In this document: positions 10,920 to 22,296 of the stretch, piece by piece
Layout: the number at the start of each line of letters is the position of its first letter
Numbering within the stretch: position 1 is the stretch's first letter
IMG/VR virus record: IMGVR_UViG_3300028859_000013
Location: 32,001 to 96,000 of that record
Length of the DNA: 64,000 bases
Origin: a virus
Strand: one strand, 5' to 3'
Program-made: the position numbers and the translations under genes
Notes under the pieces: model-generated
Databases searched by the model: none
Seen by the model: the letters and a program-made list of their open reading frames with translations, nothing else
Told to the model about the DNA's origin: nothing

Positions 10920-12506
10920 TTAATCTTGTTTACCAACATTAACAATTTGTTTTACTTTTCCATTATCAAATGTAATAGGACATTTTTCTGCAGTCGATAA
11001 TATTAATGTTCTTGATTTAATATTTTTAAAATCCAAAGAATCTGTGTATCCATCTGTTAATATGACATTGTTAAATCCTGAAATTCTATTTTTAGGATCT
11101 GAAATAAAGTCCAACCCCGGCATAAGTGTGGTACCACCAAGTCCGGAAATTTTCATTTTTTCAATTTCTTTCTTATTTTTGATATGTAAAACCTTTTGAA
11201 TCTGCGCATCGCACTGTATTAAATTAATTTCGATGTCATTCTGAAAGATATAGGAAAGAACTTTTTCAAATTCACCGTTCATTGATCCACTGGTATCAAG
11301 AAGAACATTAATTTCATTTTTGAATTTTTTATGACCTTTTAATCCTTGTATACCTTTTCTATTAGGACGTACTATGGTTTTTTCTTTTTTTGAACCAAAA
11401 ACATGACTGCTCATCGCTCTTTTAATTTCTTTCAGGTAATCTTTTTTTGTTTTTCTAAGTTTATTAAGAATAGCATCAACATCTCCTGATTCAAGTCCAC
11501 GATTTTTCAATCTTGACATAACTCCTTCAACTATTTCTCTTTTTAGTTCTTGAGGTATATCATCTCCTAAATGTACATCAAGTGTATTTTGTTCTTGACG
11601 TTCTTCACCTTCAAAAATAGTTTCAAGAGAATAGCATTCTGCATCATTTTTGCCATATTTGCCATATCTATCTTTTCCAGATGTATCAGTTTTTCCTTGA
11701 CGAGATTGATTATTTTTGTGTTCATGCCCACAATTTGGACATTTATTGCTATTGCTTTGACCTTCACCATCACCTCCTTGACCTTCACCATCACCTCCTT
11801 GACCTTCACCATCACCTCCTTGACCTTCACCATCGCCTTCTTGACCTTTACCTTGTCCTTTTTCTTTACCTTCATCATCTTGATGTTCTTCTCCTGGTTG
11901 GTTCATAGGTGATCCACATTTAGAACATTTATTACTTTGACCTTGCATTTTTTTAATGCTTTCCTTATTTTTTTCTTGCCATTCTCTTTTTTTGTTGACA
12001 AACCATTCGTATAAGTCTTCAAATATTTGTTCTCCTTTATAATCTTTAGGAACCATAAGAGCACTATTATTTTTCAATTCATCTTTTGGAATATCAATAA
12101 AAGGTTTAGCTCCTATACCAAGACCTTGTTTTTTCATAATTTCGTCATATATGATTTGGTTGATAATCATATCTTGAACGATATTAGCATCTTTTTGATT
12201 ATATCCTACGCTTCTTTTAATATGTGAAAAAAGAATATGGAATTCTTCGTGTATTAGCAGAAAATTTATTTCAGGTTGTGGTAGAGAGTCTATAAATTTT
12301 CTATCCCAATAAAAGTTCATACCAGCGGAAGTAACATTAACTCCTGCTGTAGGAATATAAGGATTGTTTTTACTTTCGAAAAAATTAATAAACAAAGCGA
12401 ATTCACCATAGTATGGTAAATTGCCAGTTGCCATCATAGCCACTACTGCTTCAGTAAGCTTTTCGTGCATTTGATCTGGAATTACGTATTTATAAAAATC
12501 TATCAT
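10920..12506 (-). CDS. DUF2201-type metallopeptidase plus VWA protein (MoxR partner)
   Basis: HEEFH zinc-site-like motif, G/Q/E linker, MIDAS DTSGS, GGT and LTDG. Confidence 0.85.
   Translation of the reverse strand: MIDFYKYVIPDQMHEKLTEAVVAMMATGNLPYYGEFALFINFFESKNNPYIPTAGVNVTSAGMNFYWDRKFIDSLPQPEINFLLIHEEFHILFSHIKRSVGYNQKDANIVQDMIINQIIYDEIMKKQGLGIGAKPFIDIPKDELKNNSALMVPKDYKGEQIFEDLYEWFVNKKREWQEKNKESIKKMQGQSNKCSKCGSPMNQPGEEHQDDEGKEKGQGKGQEGDGEGQGGDGEGQGGDGEGQGGDGEGQSNSNKCPNCGHEHKNNQSRQGKTDTSGKDRYGKYGKNDAECYSLETIFEGEERQEQNTLDVHLGDDIPQELKREIVEGVMSRLKNRGLESGDVDAILNKLRKTKKDYLKEIKRAMSSHVFGSKKEKTIVRPNRKGIQGLKGHKKFKNEINVLLDTSGSMNGEFEKVLSYIFQNDIEINLIQCDAQIQKVLHIKNKKEIEKMKISGLGGTTLMPGLDFISDPKNRISGFNNVILTDGYTDSLDFKNIKSRTLILSTAEKCPITFDNGKVKQIVNVGKQD
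11758..11841 (-). repeat. 21-bp tandem repeat encoding (QGGDGEG)n linker
   Basis: TTGACCTTCACCATCACCTCC x3 plus a degenerate copy. Confidence 0.85.
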
Positions 12507-12573
12507 ATTTATTTATTTAATTATTTGTTTATTATTTATATGTAAAAGTACTACAATTTTTTCTAATCACCTA

Positions 12574-12912
12574 TTATTTTTCTTTATTTTTTAGATAAAG
12601 TAAGAAAAAAACAATAAATATAAATACAGGTACAAATATATTTGAATTTGCTTTTATTGTTTCTTTTAATCCATATACACGAATTTCAGTAGTTATAATT
12701 GAAACTCCTTTTTTTCCTATTACAAATGTGTCGTCCATGATTTTTTTGTTATCATTGATATCTTTAACTACTTGTTTTGGATCCAGTTCTTTTTCTTTTG
12801 CTGATACATTAGAATATGTAAACATAGGAATTAATATTAATAGAATAATAAATATTTTTTTCATAATGATATTATTTATAATTATTGTATATGGTTTTTT
12901 ATATTTGAGCAA
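12574..12912 (-). CDS. Hypothetical secreted or membrane protein
   Basis: Signal-peptide-like MKKIFIILLILIP and C-terminal TM helix. Confidence 0.5.
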   Translation of the reverse strand: MLKYKKPYTIIINNIIMKKIFIILLILIPMFTYSNVSAKEKELDPKQVVKDINDNKKIMDDTFVIGKKGVSIITTEIRVYGLKETIKANSNIFVPVFIFIVFFLLYLKNKEK

Positions 12913-13148
12913 TTTGAATTATATCCTATTTTACAATTTTGACAACCTTGTATTTGTTCTGTATAATATTTACAAGTTAGATATCCTTTTTCACATCCTA
13001 TTATTTTTATAATTATGTGCATATCTGCATCTAATTCATTTTTAAAATGTTGAATATCATTTTGAGTTTCAACATTCCAACATGATGTAAATCCACTTTT
13101 GAATTTTATATAATCTCCGTTAGTTTCATAGCCTGATTTTGTTTTCAT
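12882..13148 (-). CDS. Hypothetical Cys-rich protein
   Basis: ORF downstream of the TATCTTTG element at 13173. Confidence 0.45.
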   Translation of the reverse strand: MKTKSGYETNGDYIKFKSGFTSCWNVETQNDIQHFKNELDADMHIIIKIIGCEKGYLTCKYYTEQIQGCQNCKIGYNSNCSNIKNHIQ

Positions 13149-13202
13149 ATTATATTATTTATAATTACACTACAAAGATACTACATTTATTTGATATAAT
13201 TA

Positions 13203-13934
13203 TTAATATGTATGAATTTGTTTTTTATTTTTCCAATATAGCATTATTAAATATCCTCCAATTAGTCCTCCTAGATGTCCAAAGTGTGCGATTCCAAATC
13301 CTAATGATGGATTTATCATAGATAGTAATCCAAATACTAATGAAAATGCTGCAAATCCATATAAAAAAAACTTCACTTTCATTGGTATAGCAAAAAACAA
13401 AAAAATTTTTGATTCTGGAGCTAAAAATAAAAGTGCTATCATTGCTCCACTAATTGCTCCTGATGCTCCAATTGCAGGAACTGGACTAAGAAACATGCAT
13501 AATATACTTGAAGAAATACCACTTAAGAAATATAATATTAAGAATTTTTTACTACTGATTGTTTTATCTATAAAATTACCAGTAAACCATAATGCAAGCA
13601 TATTACCAAGTAAGTGTATAATACTACCATGTAGAAACATTGATGTTATTATTTGATATGGCTGAAAATCTGGACTGGATATATTATAAATAGCTCCTTT
13701 ATCTATTAAAGATGGTATGAAATAATAACTAATTATAAATATTATAGTATTTATGATGATTAAATACTTTATGACGTCTGTTGAATTTCCAATAGATGTG
13801 AATTTATAAGTTGTTTCTCTTCGTTTTTGAATTTTTTGTTTTTTACTCTTATATTCTCTATATTCAGGAGTATCAAGAAGTTCTTTAATTGATTTCTTTT
13901 TAGATGAAAAATCATATCCATTAGTATTGCTCAT
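13203..13934 (-). CDS. Rhomboid intramembrane serine protease
   Basis: SMFLHG..HLLGNM, catalytic GASG, AHFGHLGG; start moved to ATG 13934 downstream of the -7 element. Confidence 0.9.
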   Translation of the reverse strand: MSNTNGYDFSSKKKSIKELLDTPEYREYKSKKQKIQKRRETTYKFTSIGNSTDVIKYLIIINTIIFIISYYFIPSLIDKGAIYNISSPDFQPYQIITSMFLHGSIIHLLGNMLALWFTGNFIDKTISSKKFLILYFLSGISSSILCMFLSPVPAIGASGAISGAMIALLFLAPESKIFLFFAIPMKVKFFLYGFAAFSLVFGLLSMINPSLGFGIAHFGHLGGLIGGYLIMLYWKNKKQIHTY

Positions 13935-14039
13935 AAAAAATAGTTTTATATTGAGGTACAAAGATAATATATTTTTTTTATTAAATGAATATAAATTTGA
14001 GATATTTTTTAGTTATTATTTAAATATCTGATTATTAGA

Positions 14040-14324
14040 TTAATCGTCTCTTTCTATTTTTGTTGAAAATTTATACATTTTATTTATTTCTACGAGAGTT
14101 TTTATTTCTCTCCATTTTTTTCTAAGTTTAGCAGAATCATTAGAAATTCCATTATTTACTACATTTATTGAAATTCCGCTATTTATTAAATAGTCTATCC
14201 ATAATTGCAAATTTATAAAATTTTTAATATGAAGAAAGATGGCATATAAATACCATCTATTTCTCCACAATTTTACAATTTTTGAAGATGATTCATATGA
14301 AATTATTTCATTTTTAACCTTCAT
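14040..14324 (-). CDS. Hypothetical protein
   Basis: ORF overlapping the end of the sigma gene. Confidence 0.5.
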   Translation of the reverse strand: MKVKNEIISYESSSKIVKLWRNRWYLYAIFLHIKNFINLQLWIDYLINSGISINVVNNGISNDSAKLRKKWREIKTLVEINKMYKFSTKIERDD

Positions 14325-14934
14325 TATAATCTATATCTTTGAATTTTTTTTCTACTTTTTTTCTAATTATTGTTCTTCCTTTTTTAATTTGAGATTTTAT
14401 AGTAGATAGATTTATATTTAGTTCATCTGAAATTTCTTTATATTGCATACCTTCGATTTCTCTCATTATAAGAACTTTTTTATATTTTGAATCTTTTTCT
14501 GGTAAATTGTATATAGCATCTTTTATGATAGATGCTTTTTTAACAAAAATATTATATTCTTCTATTGGTTTTTTGCTATCATCATATGCTATCACATTAG
14601 ATAAACTAAAATTTATTGCTAAATCTTTATCAATTGAATCTGTTGGTAACCTTTCATTATCTTTGTGTACTTTTTTGACAATATTTTCTGCTATTTTATA
14701 AATCCAAGTATTTAGTTGTGCTCCTCCTTCATCTGGTCTTTTATATGTTTCAATATTCAGTAATGCTTGAATAAATGCATCTTCTACATGATCTTCTGCT
14801 ATTCCAGAATCTTTAGTATATTTTGTGATATACCATATTAATTTAGGTTTGTGATTTTTATAAAAATCTTGAAAATTTATACCTGTGCGAGCTTCGAACT
14901 GTATTTCAAGTTCATTATTTTTAGTTGATGTCAT
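14314..14934 (-). CDS. ECF-like sigma-70 family RNA polymerase sigma factor
   Basis: Region 2 AEDHVEDAF..TWIYKIAEN; region 4 LP...EGMQYKEIS..INLSTIKSQIKKGR. Confidence 0.88.
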   Translation of the reverse strand: MTSTKNNELEIQFEARTGINFQDFYKNHKPKLIWYITKYTKDSGIAEDHVEDAFIQALLNIETYKRPDEGGAQLNTWIYKIAENIVKKVHKDNERLPTDSIDKDLAINFSLSNVIAYDDSKKPIEEYNIFVKKASIIKDAIYNLPEKDSKYKKVLIMREIEGMQYKEISDELNINLSTIKSQIKKGRTIIRKKVEKKFKDIDYNEG

Positions 14935-15367
14935 AAAGTTTATATTTGAGTTGTTATATATATAAAATGTATTGGTTTGTTTTTAAAAAATACATTTTTT
15001 AACTATTTTTGGATATTATATAATTCTATCATACCTACCACTTGAGTAGGACTATGTTGCATAGTTATGATCGTTGAGAAATTAATTCATTTTATGATAC
15101 ATCAATAATTTATGTACTGATAATTTTAATTCGTTCAACATTAGAATTTTATATAAGTTTATCCTATATTGATTATTTTTATTATAATCATTTTTTTATT
15201 TCTATAATTGATATTTATTATAATTTATTTTCTGTTTTTGTTATTTTTATTTTTTAATTGTTAATATTAATTTAGTTAATTATCTCATTTCTTATTTTAT
15301 AAATTTATATATTTCATCATTTTAAAAGTCAACGTTTTTAGCTCACTTAACATCATGTAATTTATAT

Positions 15368-15841
15368 CTAAGATTCTGTTATTTTATTTAATTTATTTCT
15401 TCTTGTTCTTTTTATATTTTCTTCGAATCTAAGCTCGTAAATTGGTAGGTGTTTATCTATGAAATTTTTATATTGAACATCAACATAAATAATATCTTCT
15501 GCATTTATTATTGTACCCTTATATCTATGCGATAATAATTCAACAGCATCTCCAATTATAGGTTTGTATATTATACGATTTTTCTCCAAATAATTAAATG
15601 GATTGAAATAATTTGCAAAATTAATAAATTCTTCATCTGTAACTCTTATGCTTTGTTTAAGTTCACTATCACTTTTATGATAACCTTTTATTATTTTTTC
15701 AAATTTTATTCCAAAAAAATAGCATGTATTAAATATTATATCATCAGTAAATATTGGTTTGTTATATTTGTCATATCCTACCAAATATGAATCTGGCTCA
15801 ATTGAAGTATATTTCATTTTTCTGTCTGTGTATGTTTTCAT
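15368..15841 (-). CDS. Hypothetical protein with C-terminal RxxKL motif
   Basis: ORF ending RRNKLNKITES. Confidence 0.5.
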   Translation of the reverse strand: MKTYTDRKMKYTSIEPDSYLVGYDKYNKPIFTDDIIFNTCYFFGIKFEKIIKGYHKSDSELKQSIRVTDEEFINFANYFNPFNYLEKNRIIYKPIIGDAVELLSHRYKGTIINAEDIIYVDVQYKNFIDKHLPIYELRFEENIKRTRRNKLNKITES

Positions 15842-16067
15842 ATTTCATTAAACTTATTGTTATACAACATAAATGTTTTTTATTGTTTGTTTATATAAAG
15901 GTAATAAAAAAATTGGATAAAAAAAATAATATCATGTTTTATTTTGCATCTTTTTTAGCTATTTTTCAAAAAAACTATTTAATATATATCGTACGTAAAA
16001 AGTAAATATCAACAAATAGTTTTTTTATAAAAATATTTAATATATACATAAAAATAATTTTTAAATT

Positions 16068-19000
16068 ATGCCAATAAAAGACGCAGATTTCGGAAAATAC
16101 AAAAGACCAGGTATTTTCTTTGAGGAAATTGACCAGAGTATTGTTCAACTTCCAGTACAAAATGTTTTAATAAATTTAGTTCCTGGTTTTTCAAAAAAAG
16201 GTCCTTTTAATACTCCACTTTATGTTACAAATCCTACAGATTTTAGTACAATATTTGGAGATGATGATACTAGATTAGAAAATAAGGGATCATTTTTTCA
16301 TAAAACAGTTAAACAAATGCTAAAAAGCGGTCCTGTTTGGGCGTTAAATCTTTTAGCAACAGATCCAAATAGAGATAAAGTGGACTGGCAATCAATAGGT
16401 GTGTCAGCAAGTGTAAAATCTCAAAATAGTAATGTTATAAGATCTGCTTATGAATCATTTTATAATAGACAAGCTTTCTGGGAAAGAGATACTGATTCAT
16501 TTTTAAATGTTGTACAAGCAAATAATTATGGTGTTCAAGATACTGATAGACTTTTTCATATAACAAACATGGGATATACAGATATTAGTATATTTATGTT
16601 TAAATCATCTATAACTGGTTTCGATGTTACAGCAGAATCATGGTACGGTGATAGAACAAAAGTACCATCATATCTTGATTATAGAGATTGGATTTCAGAT
16701 TATTTAGTAACTATCATTGTAGTAGCTGGTGATTGGTCAGATTATAAAACATTATCTAATGATACTACATATGGTAAGTATTTTGATAAAAATGGATTAA
16801 TTAAAAATAACGTATCTTCATTTCTTAATGAAAGTACTGTATCTGTTCTTGCAAATTATGATTGTTCTTTAATTCCATATTTTAAAGATTTGAATAATAG
16901 AGATATGTACATTAAAAATATTATAAATAATGATACAGATAAAACTGGTTTATTCTGTACATATAATGAAGATGTATTACTTGAAGCTGATTTTAGAGTA
17001 AGTAGTTTGGATATTATAGGTGGAACAATTGTTGGAGAAGATGTTAGTAGTATTAATTTTATGTCATATAATACAATTCTTAATGAACAAATATCATATT
17101 CTCAAACATATTTGGATTCAACTAATAATGTTATTACTAATAATTATGATAGTTATAATCAAGATTTTGTGTCAAATAATGTAGATGTTAGATCAGGTGC
17201 ATATGTGAATGGAAATATATTTGGTGTTAGTTGTAATACAACATCATTAACAGGAACAACAGGAACAACTTTATTAACAACGTTTACTATTGATCCTAAC
17301 GCATATTATGTATTAAATGGAGTACTTATTACTGGTAATACATTTGTTGTTAATGCATCAGATGGTGTTTCATATCCAAATGGATCAAGATATGATGTTC
17401 TTTATCTTACTAATGATAATACTATTAACGTGCTAAAAGGAACAGAATCTAATTCTAATACAGGAGCAATTTTACCAGATTATTTATATAGTTTAGATAG
17501 TACTATAATTTTAGGATATGTGTATATATTAAATTCTGGATTAACTGCAACATTAACATATAATTCTATATCTGTAGGAACTAATGGTTATATTGCTCTT
17601 GGAACTACAACAGGATATGAATCAGTAATTACTGATGGTTTTGATACACAAAATTATATGAATATTCAATTTAATGGCACATCTGGTCAAACAGGAATTT
17701 ATAATGATTATAATTATCTTAGATTAGCTCAATGTTTTTATGAAATATATGAAAATATTACTGCAAAGAGCGTTTTTATTCATCAAACAAGTGGTGATTT
17801 TATTGGTGGAGATAAAGATCCTGTTGTTTCAGTTTTAGCAACTGAGGCTACTTCATTACAAAATGCGAATATTAAAATTTATATTGATAGTGATTCTCCT
17901 GCTTTATGTCATTCAGGTAATACATTTTTATTATATTATGTGGACAATGAATTTTTGTTACATGAAAATTTTGTTGATACTAATACATTGGTAACTATAA
18001 ATTCTGTTTTATCATCAGGAACTAATGGTATTGTAGCAACATATTCTCAATTTTATTTAGATTATTATAATGGTAATATTAATAACGATGATTATTTTTA
18101 TGTTAATAATAATAGTGGATTGACAACTAAGATATATTTGGATATGTTTATTGATCAAAATAATATATTAACTGTCAATTTTTTATCTGCAATCAATCCT
18201 CCAATAACATATAGTGTTTCACATACAGATTGGGATAATTCTAACTATTATAATTATAGTTTAATAGTATATTCCGATAGATCTAATTGGAAACAATCAG
18301 TTCAAATCGATCAATGGTACGGTGATGATCTTACAGATTGTAGACAAATATCTATAGATAAAAATAGATATTCAGAAATAACAATAGGTAATTTTTTAAC
18401 CGCTTATTATGATGAATCATATTGGACTGCACCTAATGGAGAAGGATATTTAGAAGGATCTGTTCCAAGAAAAATAACTAGAATTATAAATATTAAAAAT
18501 GATCCAACAAATGTTAATAATAAATATATTTATACAGATTCTCCTATTAAAATTGATAATTATAATTCATTAAATCCAAGTGGTACTACATCATTACAAA
18601 CATTTACATATCCAGAAATTGATGAATATGTTGATGAATATAAAGCATTGGTATTATCGCCTTTTACAGTAAATGTAGCATCTATACCAGATGGTACTGA
18701 TATTAGACAAAATTCAATATTGGATATTATTGATATTGATACAAATCTTGGAAAGGCTCTGGCAGATAAAAATAAAATATCATGGAGATATCTTGTAGAT
18801 TCATTTGGATTAGGATTGACTCCAATGGACGGATATGGATCAAAACAACAACTTGCTAATGTTTGTGGATTGAAACTTAATTGCTTAGGATTTATAAGTA
18901 TGCCATCAGCTAAAATATTTAAAAATTCAACTAATCCATCATTTATAAATGACGATTATACTTTAAATATTCAATATGTTGCTGCTGGAGCAGATGATAG

Positions 19001-19733
19001 TAAAAATCCAGATTATTATTATCAATTTGCTCAACCTTATACAGACGCTGTAGATAATGTTTCTGTTGATGGTAGAAGTTGTGTTGGTTATTTCTTCCCA
19101 TATATAAGAATATATGATAATGGTGTACCAAAATGGGTTCCGCCTGCATCTTACGCAGCAACAACTTATATGCAAAAGTTTGTATCTAATACAGCAGGTA
19201 TGGTGCCTTGGACAATATGCGCTGGTATTACTAATGGTAGAGTTCAAACTATAACTAAAACTGAAATGGACTTTAATGATACTGATCTTGATTATTTACA
19301 TGGCATGAATGCAAATCCTATTGTATATAAATTAAATAATGGATATTGTATTAATGACGATGCATCAGCACAAGTATTTCCATACTCATCTCTTAGCTTC
19401 TTACATTCAAGAGAAGTTCTTATTGAACTTGAAAATAGAATGTACGATATGCTATTAAAATATCAATGGCAATTTAATACTGCAGAAATTCGTTCCGAAA
19501 TCAAATACAATGCTAATAAAATCTGTAAAGATATGTTGGATAACAACGCATTATATGACTTTTGGAATGTTTGTGATGAAAGTAATAATACTGATTATGT
19601 TATAGATTTACAGATGGGCGTAATTGACACGTATGTAGAGTTGATAAAAGGAATGGGTATTATTGTTAATAATATTACAATAATGAAGAAAGGTGATATA
19701 CAATCTATGGGATTTTCATCAGTTGGTAGCTAA
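16068..19733 (+). CDS. Contractile tail sheath protein with large insertion domain
   Basis: N-terminal RPGIFFEEIDQS..GFSKKGPFNTP; C-terminal VPPA, AGITNG, CDESNN motifs typical of sheaths. Confidence 0.88.
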   Translation: MPIKDADFGKYKRPGIFFEEIDQSIVQLPVQNVLINLVPGFSKKGPFNTPLYVTNPTDFSTIFGDDDTRLENKGSFFHKTVKQMLKSGPVWALNLLATDPNRDKVDWQSIGVSASVKSQNSNVIRSAYESFYNRQAFWERDTDSFLNVVQANNYGVQDTDRLFHITNMGYTDISIFMFKSSITGFDVTAESWYGDRTKVPSYLDYRDWISDYLVTIIVVAGDWSDYKTLSNDTTYGKYFDKNGLIKNNVSSFLNESTVSVLANYDCSLIPYFKDLNNRDMYIKNIINNDTDKTGLFCTYNEDVLLEADFRVSSLDIIGGTIVGEDVSSINFMSYNTILNEQISYSQTYLDSTNNVITNNYDSYNQDFVSNNVDVRSGAYVNGNIFGVSCNTTSLTGTTGTTLLTTFTIDPNAYYVLNGVLITGNTFVVNASDGVSYPNGSRYDVLYLTNDNTINVLKGTESNSNTGAILPDYLYSLDSTIILGYVYILNSGLTATLTYNSISVGTNGYIALGTTTGYESVITDGFDTQNYMNIQFNGTSGQTGIYNDYNYLRLAQCFYEIYENITAKSVFIHQTSGDFIGGDKDPVVSVLATEATSLQNANIKIYIDSDSPALCHSGNTFLLYYVDNEFLLHENFVDTNTLVTINSVLSSGTNGIVATYSQFYLDYYNGNINNDDYFYVNNNSGLTTKIYLDMFIDQNNILTVNFLSAINPPITYSVSHTDWDNSNYYNYSLIVYSDRSNWKQSVQIDQWYGDDLTDCRQISIDKNRYSEITIGNFLTAYYDESYWTAPNGEGYLEGSVPRKITRIINIKNDPTNVNNKYIYTDSPIKIDNYNSLNPSGTTSLQTFTYPEIDEYVDEYKALVLSPFTVNVASIPDGTDIRQNSILDIIDIDTNLGKALADKNKISWRYLVDSFGLGLTPMDGYGSKQQLANVCGLKLNCLGFISMPSAKIFKNSTNPSFINDDYTLNIQYVAAGADDSKNPDYYYQFAQPYTDAVDNVSVDGRSCVGYFFPYIRIYDNGVPKWVPPASYAATTYMQKFVSNTAGMVPWTICAGITNGRVQTITKTEMDFNDTDLDYLHGMNANPIVYKLNNGYCINDDASAQVFPYSSLSFLHSREVLIELENRMYDMLLKYQWQFNTAEIRSEIKYNANKICKDMLDNNALYDFWNVCDESNNTDYVIDLQMGVIDTYVELIKGMGIIVNNITIMKKGDIQSMGFSSVGS

Positions 19734-19752
19734 TTAATTATAAATAATAATG

Positions 19753-19789
19753 AAAAAAAGAGAAATAATTTAATTATTTCTCTTTTTTT
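19753..19789. terminator. Intrinsic terminator after sheath gene
   Basis: AAAAAAAGAGAAATAAT / ATTATTTCTCTTTTTTT. Confidence 0.75.
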
Positions 19790-19846
19790 ATAAACTTTAT
19801 ATTAAAATATTTATATATAGGAGAAATAGAAACATATATAAAGTTT

Positions 19847-21601
19847 ATGAATAAAGAAGAAAATATAGAAAAAATAAAAAAAGAAAATGGTACATCAGGA
19901 AAAATGTATAATGAGAAATACATTAAAAATAATTATCCTGAAATTTTTAAAGATGTTATAGAATTTTGTAGTAGTGATAAATTGATAGATTTACCTTTTA
20001 AAGAAAAAATTTATCATTATGTTAATGATTTAAAAGAAATTTTATATTGTTCAAATCCAAATTGTAATAATATAGTTAAGTTTAAGAATTCAACGATAGG
20101 ATATCATAAACATTGCTCTAAAGGTTGTACGAGTAAAGATCCGAATATTAAACAACAAAAAGAAGATAATTCATATATAAAATATGGAACTAAAGCACCA
20201 GGAATGAATAATGATATTAAAGAAAAAATGATAAAAACCAATCAGGAAAGATATGGCGGTAATAGTCCTATGCAAAATATTGAAATACAAGAAAAATCTA
20301 AAAAAACATTATTTAAAAATTATGGTGTATATAATTTAAACGATTCAGAAGAAATTGTAAAAAGAAGAATCGAATCATTTAAAAAAAGTAATTATAAAGA
20401 AAATTATACTAATACTATGATGTCCCGTTATGGAGTAAAATATACATTTCAAAATGAAGATTTTTATAAAAAATCTAAAGAAACATTATTTAAAAATTAT
20501 GGAGTATTTAATCCTTATGAAAATAAAGAGATATTAGACAGAGCACAAAAGAAAAGAAAAAATACTATTAAAAATAATAAAATATTGAATCAAGATAATA
20601 ATATAATTGATGTTGATTATGATACAAGAGAATATTTGATGAATTGTGATGTTGGAAAAAATCATACATTTAAAATTAGTTTTGAATTATATAAATCTAG
20701 AAAGCAATTTGCTAATTATAAATGTACTGAATGCTTTCCAGAACATTTCAATCAAACTTCAATGAGTGAATTCGAATTATTAAATTTTATACAAAAACAT
20801 TATAAAGACGAAATAGTAGTTAATAGCAAAAAAATTATTTATCCTTTTGAATTAGATATTTATTTACCAGAAATAAATATTGCATTTGAATTTAATGGTA
20901 TTTATTGGCATGATGAACAGCACAAATCAAGTGATTATCATTTAAAAAAGACTGAATTATGTGACGAAAATGGTATTAAATTAATTCATATATGGGAAGA
21001 TGATTGGATGTATAAAAATGATATAGTAAAATCAAATATTTTAAATATTTTAAGTATAAAAACAAATATTATAGATGTAAATGATTGTGATATAAAAGAA
21101 ATAACTAATAGTGAAGTTATTAAAGATTTTTTAGAAAAAAATCATATTCAAGGATTTATAGATTCACAAATTAAAATAGGATTATATCATAATAATGAAT
21201 TAATTAGTTTAATGAATTTTGAAAATAATATTGAATCATATGAATTATTAAGATTTTGTAATAAGTTAAATACTAATATTATTGGCGGATATGATAAATT
21301 ATTCAAATATTTTGTTATAAATTATGAACCAACGGAAATTATAGCATATTTTGATAGAAGTTGGAGTTATGATAAAATATATGAAAATTTAGGATTTGAA
21401 TTAGTACATAAATCTCAATCTAATTATTCTTATGTTATTGATGGTATTCGTAAAAATAGATTTAATTTTGGCAAATCTATTTTAATAAAAGAAGGATATT
21501 CAAGTGAAAAAACTGAAAGTGAGATTATGTTAGAAAGAAAAATTTATAGAATTTATGATTCTGGACAATTAAAATTTATATGGAAAGATAAACAAATTTG
21601 A
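19847..21601 (+). CDS. Putative homing endonuclease (YG repeats, ELDIY..EFNGIYWH nuclease, C-terminal accessory domain)
   Basis: Repeated (K/R/N)YG units, Vsr-like nuclease motif, IHIWEDDW. Confidence 0.72.
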   Translation: MNKEENIEKIKKENGTSGKMYNEKYIKNNYPEIFKDVIEFCSSDKLIDLPFKEKIYHYVNDLKEILYCSNPNCNNIVKFKNSTIGYHKHCSKGCTSKDPNIKQQKEDNSYIKYGTKAPGMNNDIKEKMIKTNQERYGGNSPMQNIEIQEKSKKTLFKNYGVYNLNDSEEIVKRRIESFKKSNYKENYTNTMMSRYGVKYTFQNEDFYKKSKETLFKNYGVFNPYENKEILDRAQKKRKNTIKNNKILNQDNNIIDVDYDTREYLMNCDVGKNHTFKISFELYKSRKQFANYKCTECFPEHFNQTSMSEFELLNFIQKHYKDEIVVNSKKIIYPFELDIYLPEINIAFEFNGIYWHDEQHKSSDYHLKKTELCDENGIKLIHIWEDDWMYKNDIVKSNILNILSIKTNIIDVNDCDIKEITNSEVIKDFLEKNHIQGFIDSQIKIGLYHNNELISLMNFENNIESYELLRFCNKLNTNIIGGYDKLFKYFVINYEPTEIIAYFDRSWSYDKIYENLGFELVHKSQSNYSYVIDGIRKNRFNFGKSILIKEGYSSEKTESEIMLERKIYRIYDSGQLKFIWKDKQI

Positions 21602-21628
21602 AAATATATAATATATAAATAAAAAATT

Positions 21629-21814
21629 ATGATAGAACAAAAACAGAAGGATGATTTAAAAAACCAACTTTTAGATATGACTGAATTGAGTAAGAATTTA
21701 CAAGAACCAGTATCTGAAGAAGAACAAAAGTCTTTAGATGATATTATGAATCAAATTCAAGAAGCTAGAGATTTTTTAGATGAATGTATTAAAAATAATA
21801 AAAAGGAGAAATGA
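21629..21814 (+). CDS. Small coiled-coil hypothetical protein
   Basis: ORF with TATATA upstream and a terminator downstream. Confidence 0.5.
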   Translation: MIEQKQKDDLKNQLLDMTELSKNLQEPVSEEEQKSLDDIMNQIQEARDFLDECIKNNKKEK

Positions 21815-21849
21815 ATAAAAAAGAGAAATGATTAAATCATTTCTCTTTT

Positions 21850-22251
21850 TTATATGTTAAATTTTTTAGTGCTTTTTGCTAATTCTAATTCAGTTTCTAA
21901 CTTGCCTTTTTTATGATTATATAAAGTGAATGATTGAGTTTTATTTATTTTCCGATCTGTCAACTCATACCATTTATTATTCATTTTTACTAATATATCA
22001 GATTCATAAGTACTTGATAGTTCATCTACTAATTTAATATCTTCACACCTCCCAGTTATACTTTTATTTATAGTTAAATAATTAAAATCATACTTATAAA
22101 TTTTAAAGCATTGAAATGTTATCATATGATTTAATATCATTTCAGAAATTAAATCAAAAAAATCAATATTATATGTTATGCAGTCATTCATTAAATTCAT
22201 GATTGATATTTCTGTGTTGCGTAAATCTTCAAAGGTTTTTATATATTTCAT
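21850..22251 (-). CDS. MKxxKxFE...KFNI family protein
   Basis: Starts MKYIKTFE, ends KKFNI. Confidence 0.7.
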   Translation of the reverse strand: MKYIKTFEDLRNTEISIMNLMNDCITYNIDFFDLISEMILNHMITFQCFKIYKYDFNYLTINKSITGRCEDIKLVDELSSTYESDILVKMNNKWYELTDRKINKTQSFTLYNHKKGKLETELELAKSTKKFNI

Positions 22252-22296
22252 GATATTATATATTAAATTAAATATTTATTTTTTATATATAATGCT

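Noticed and set aside
14990-15360. Gene or ncRNA in the gap upstream of the sigma gene
   Set aside because: The frames examined have multiple stops and no convincing structure; at most a decayed remnant.
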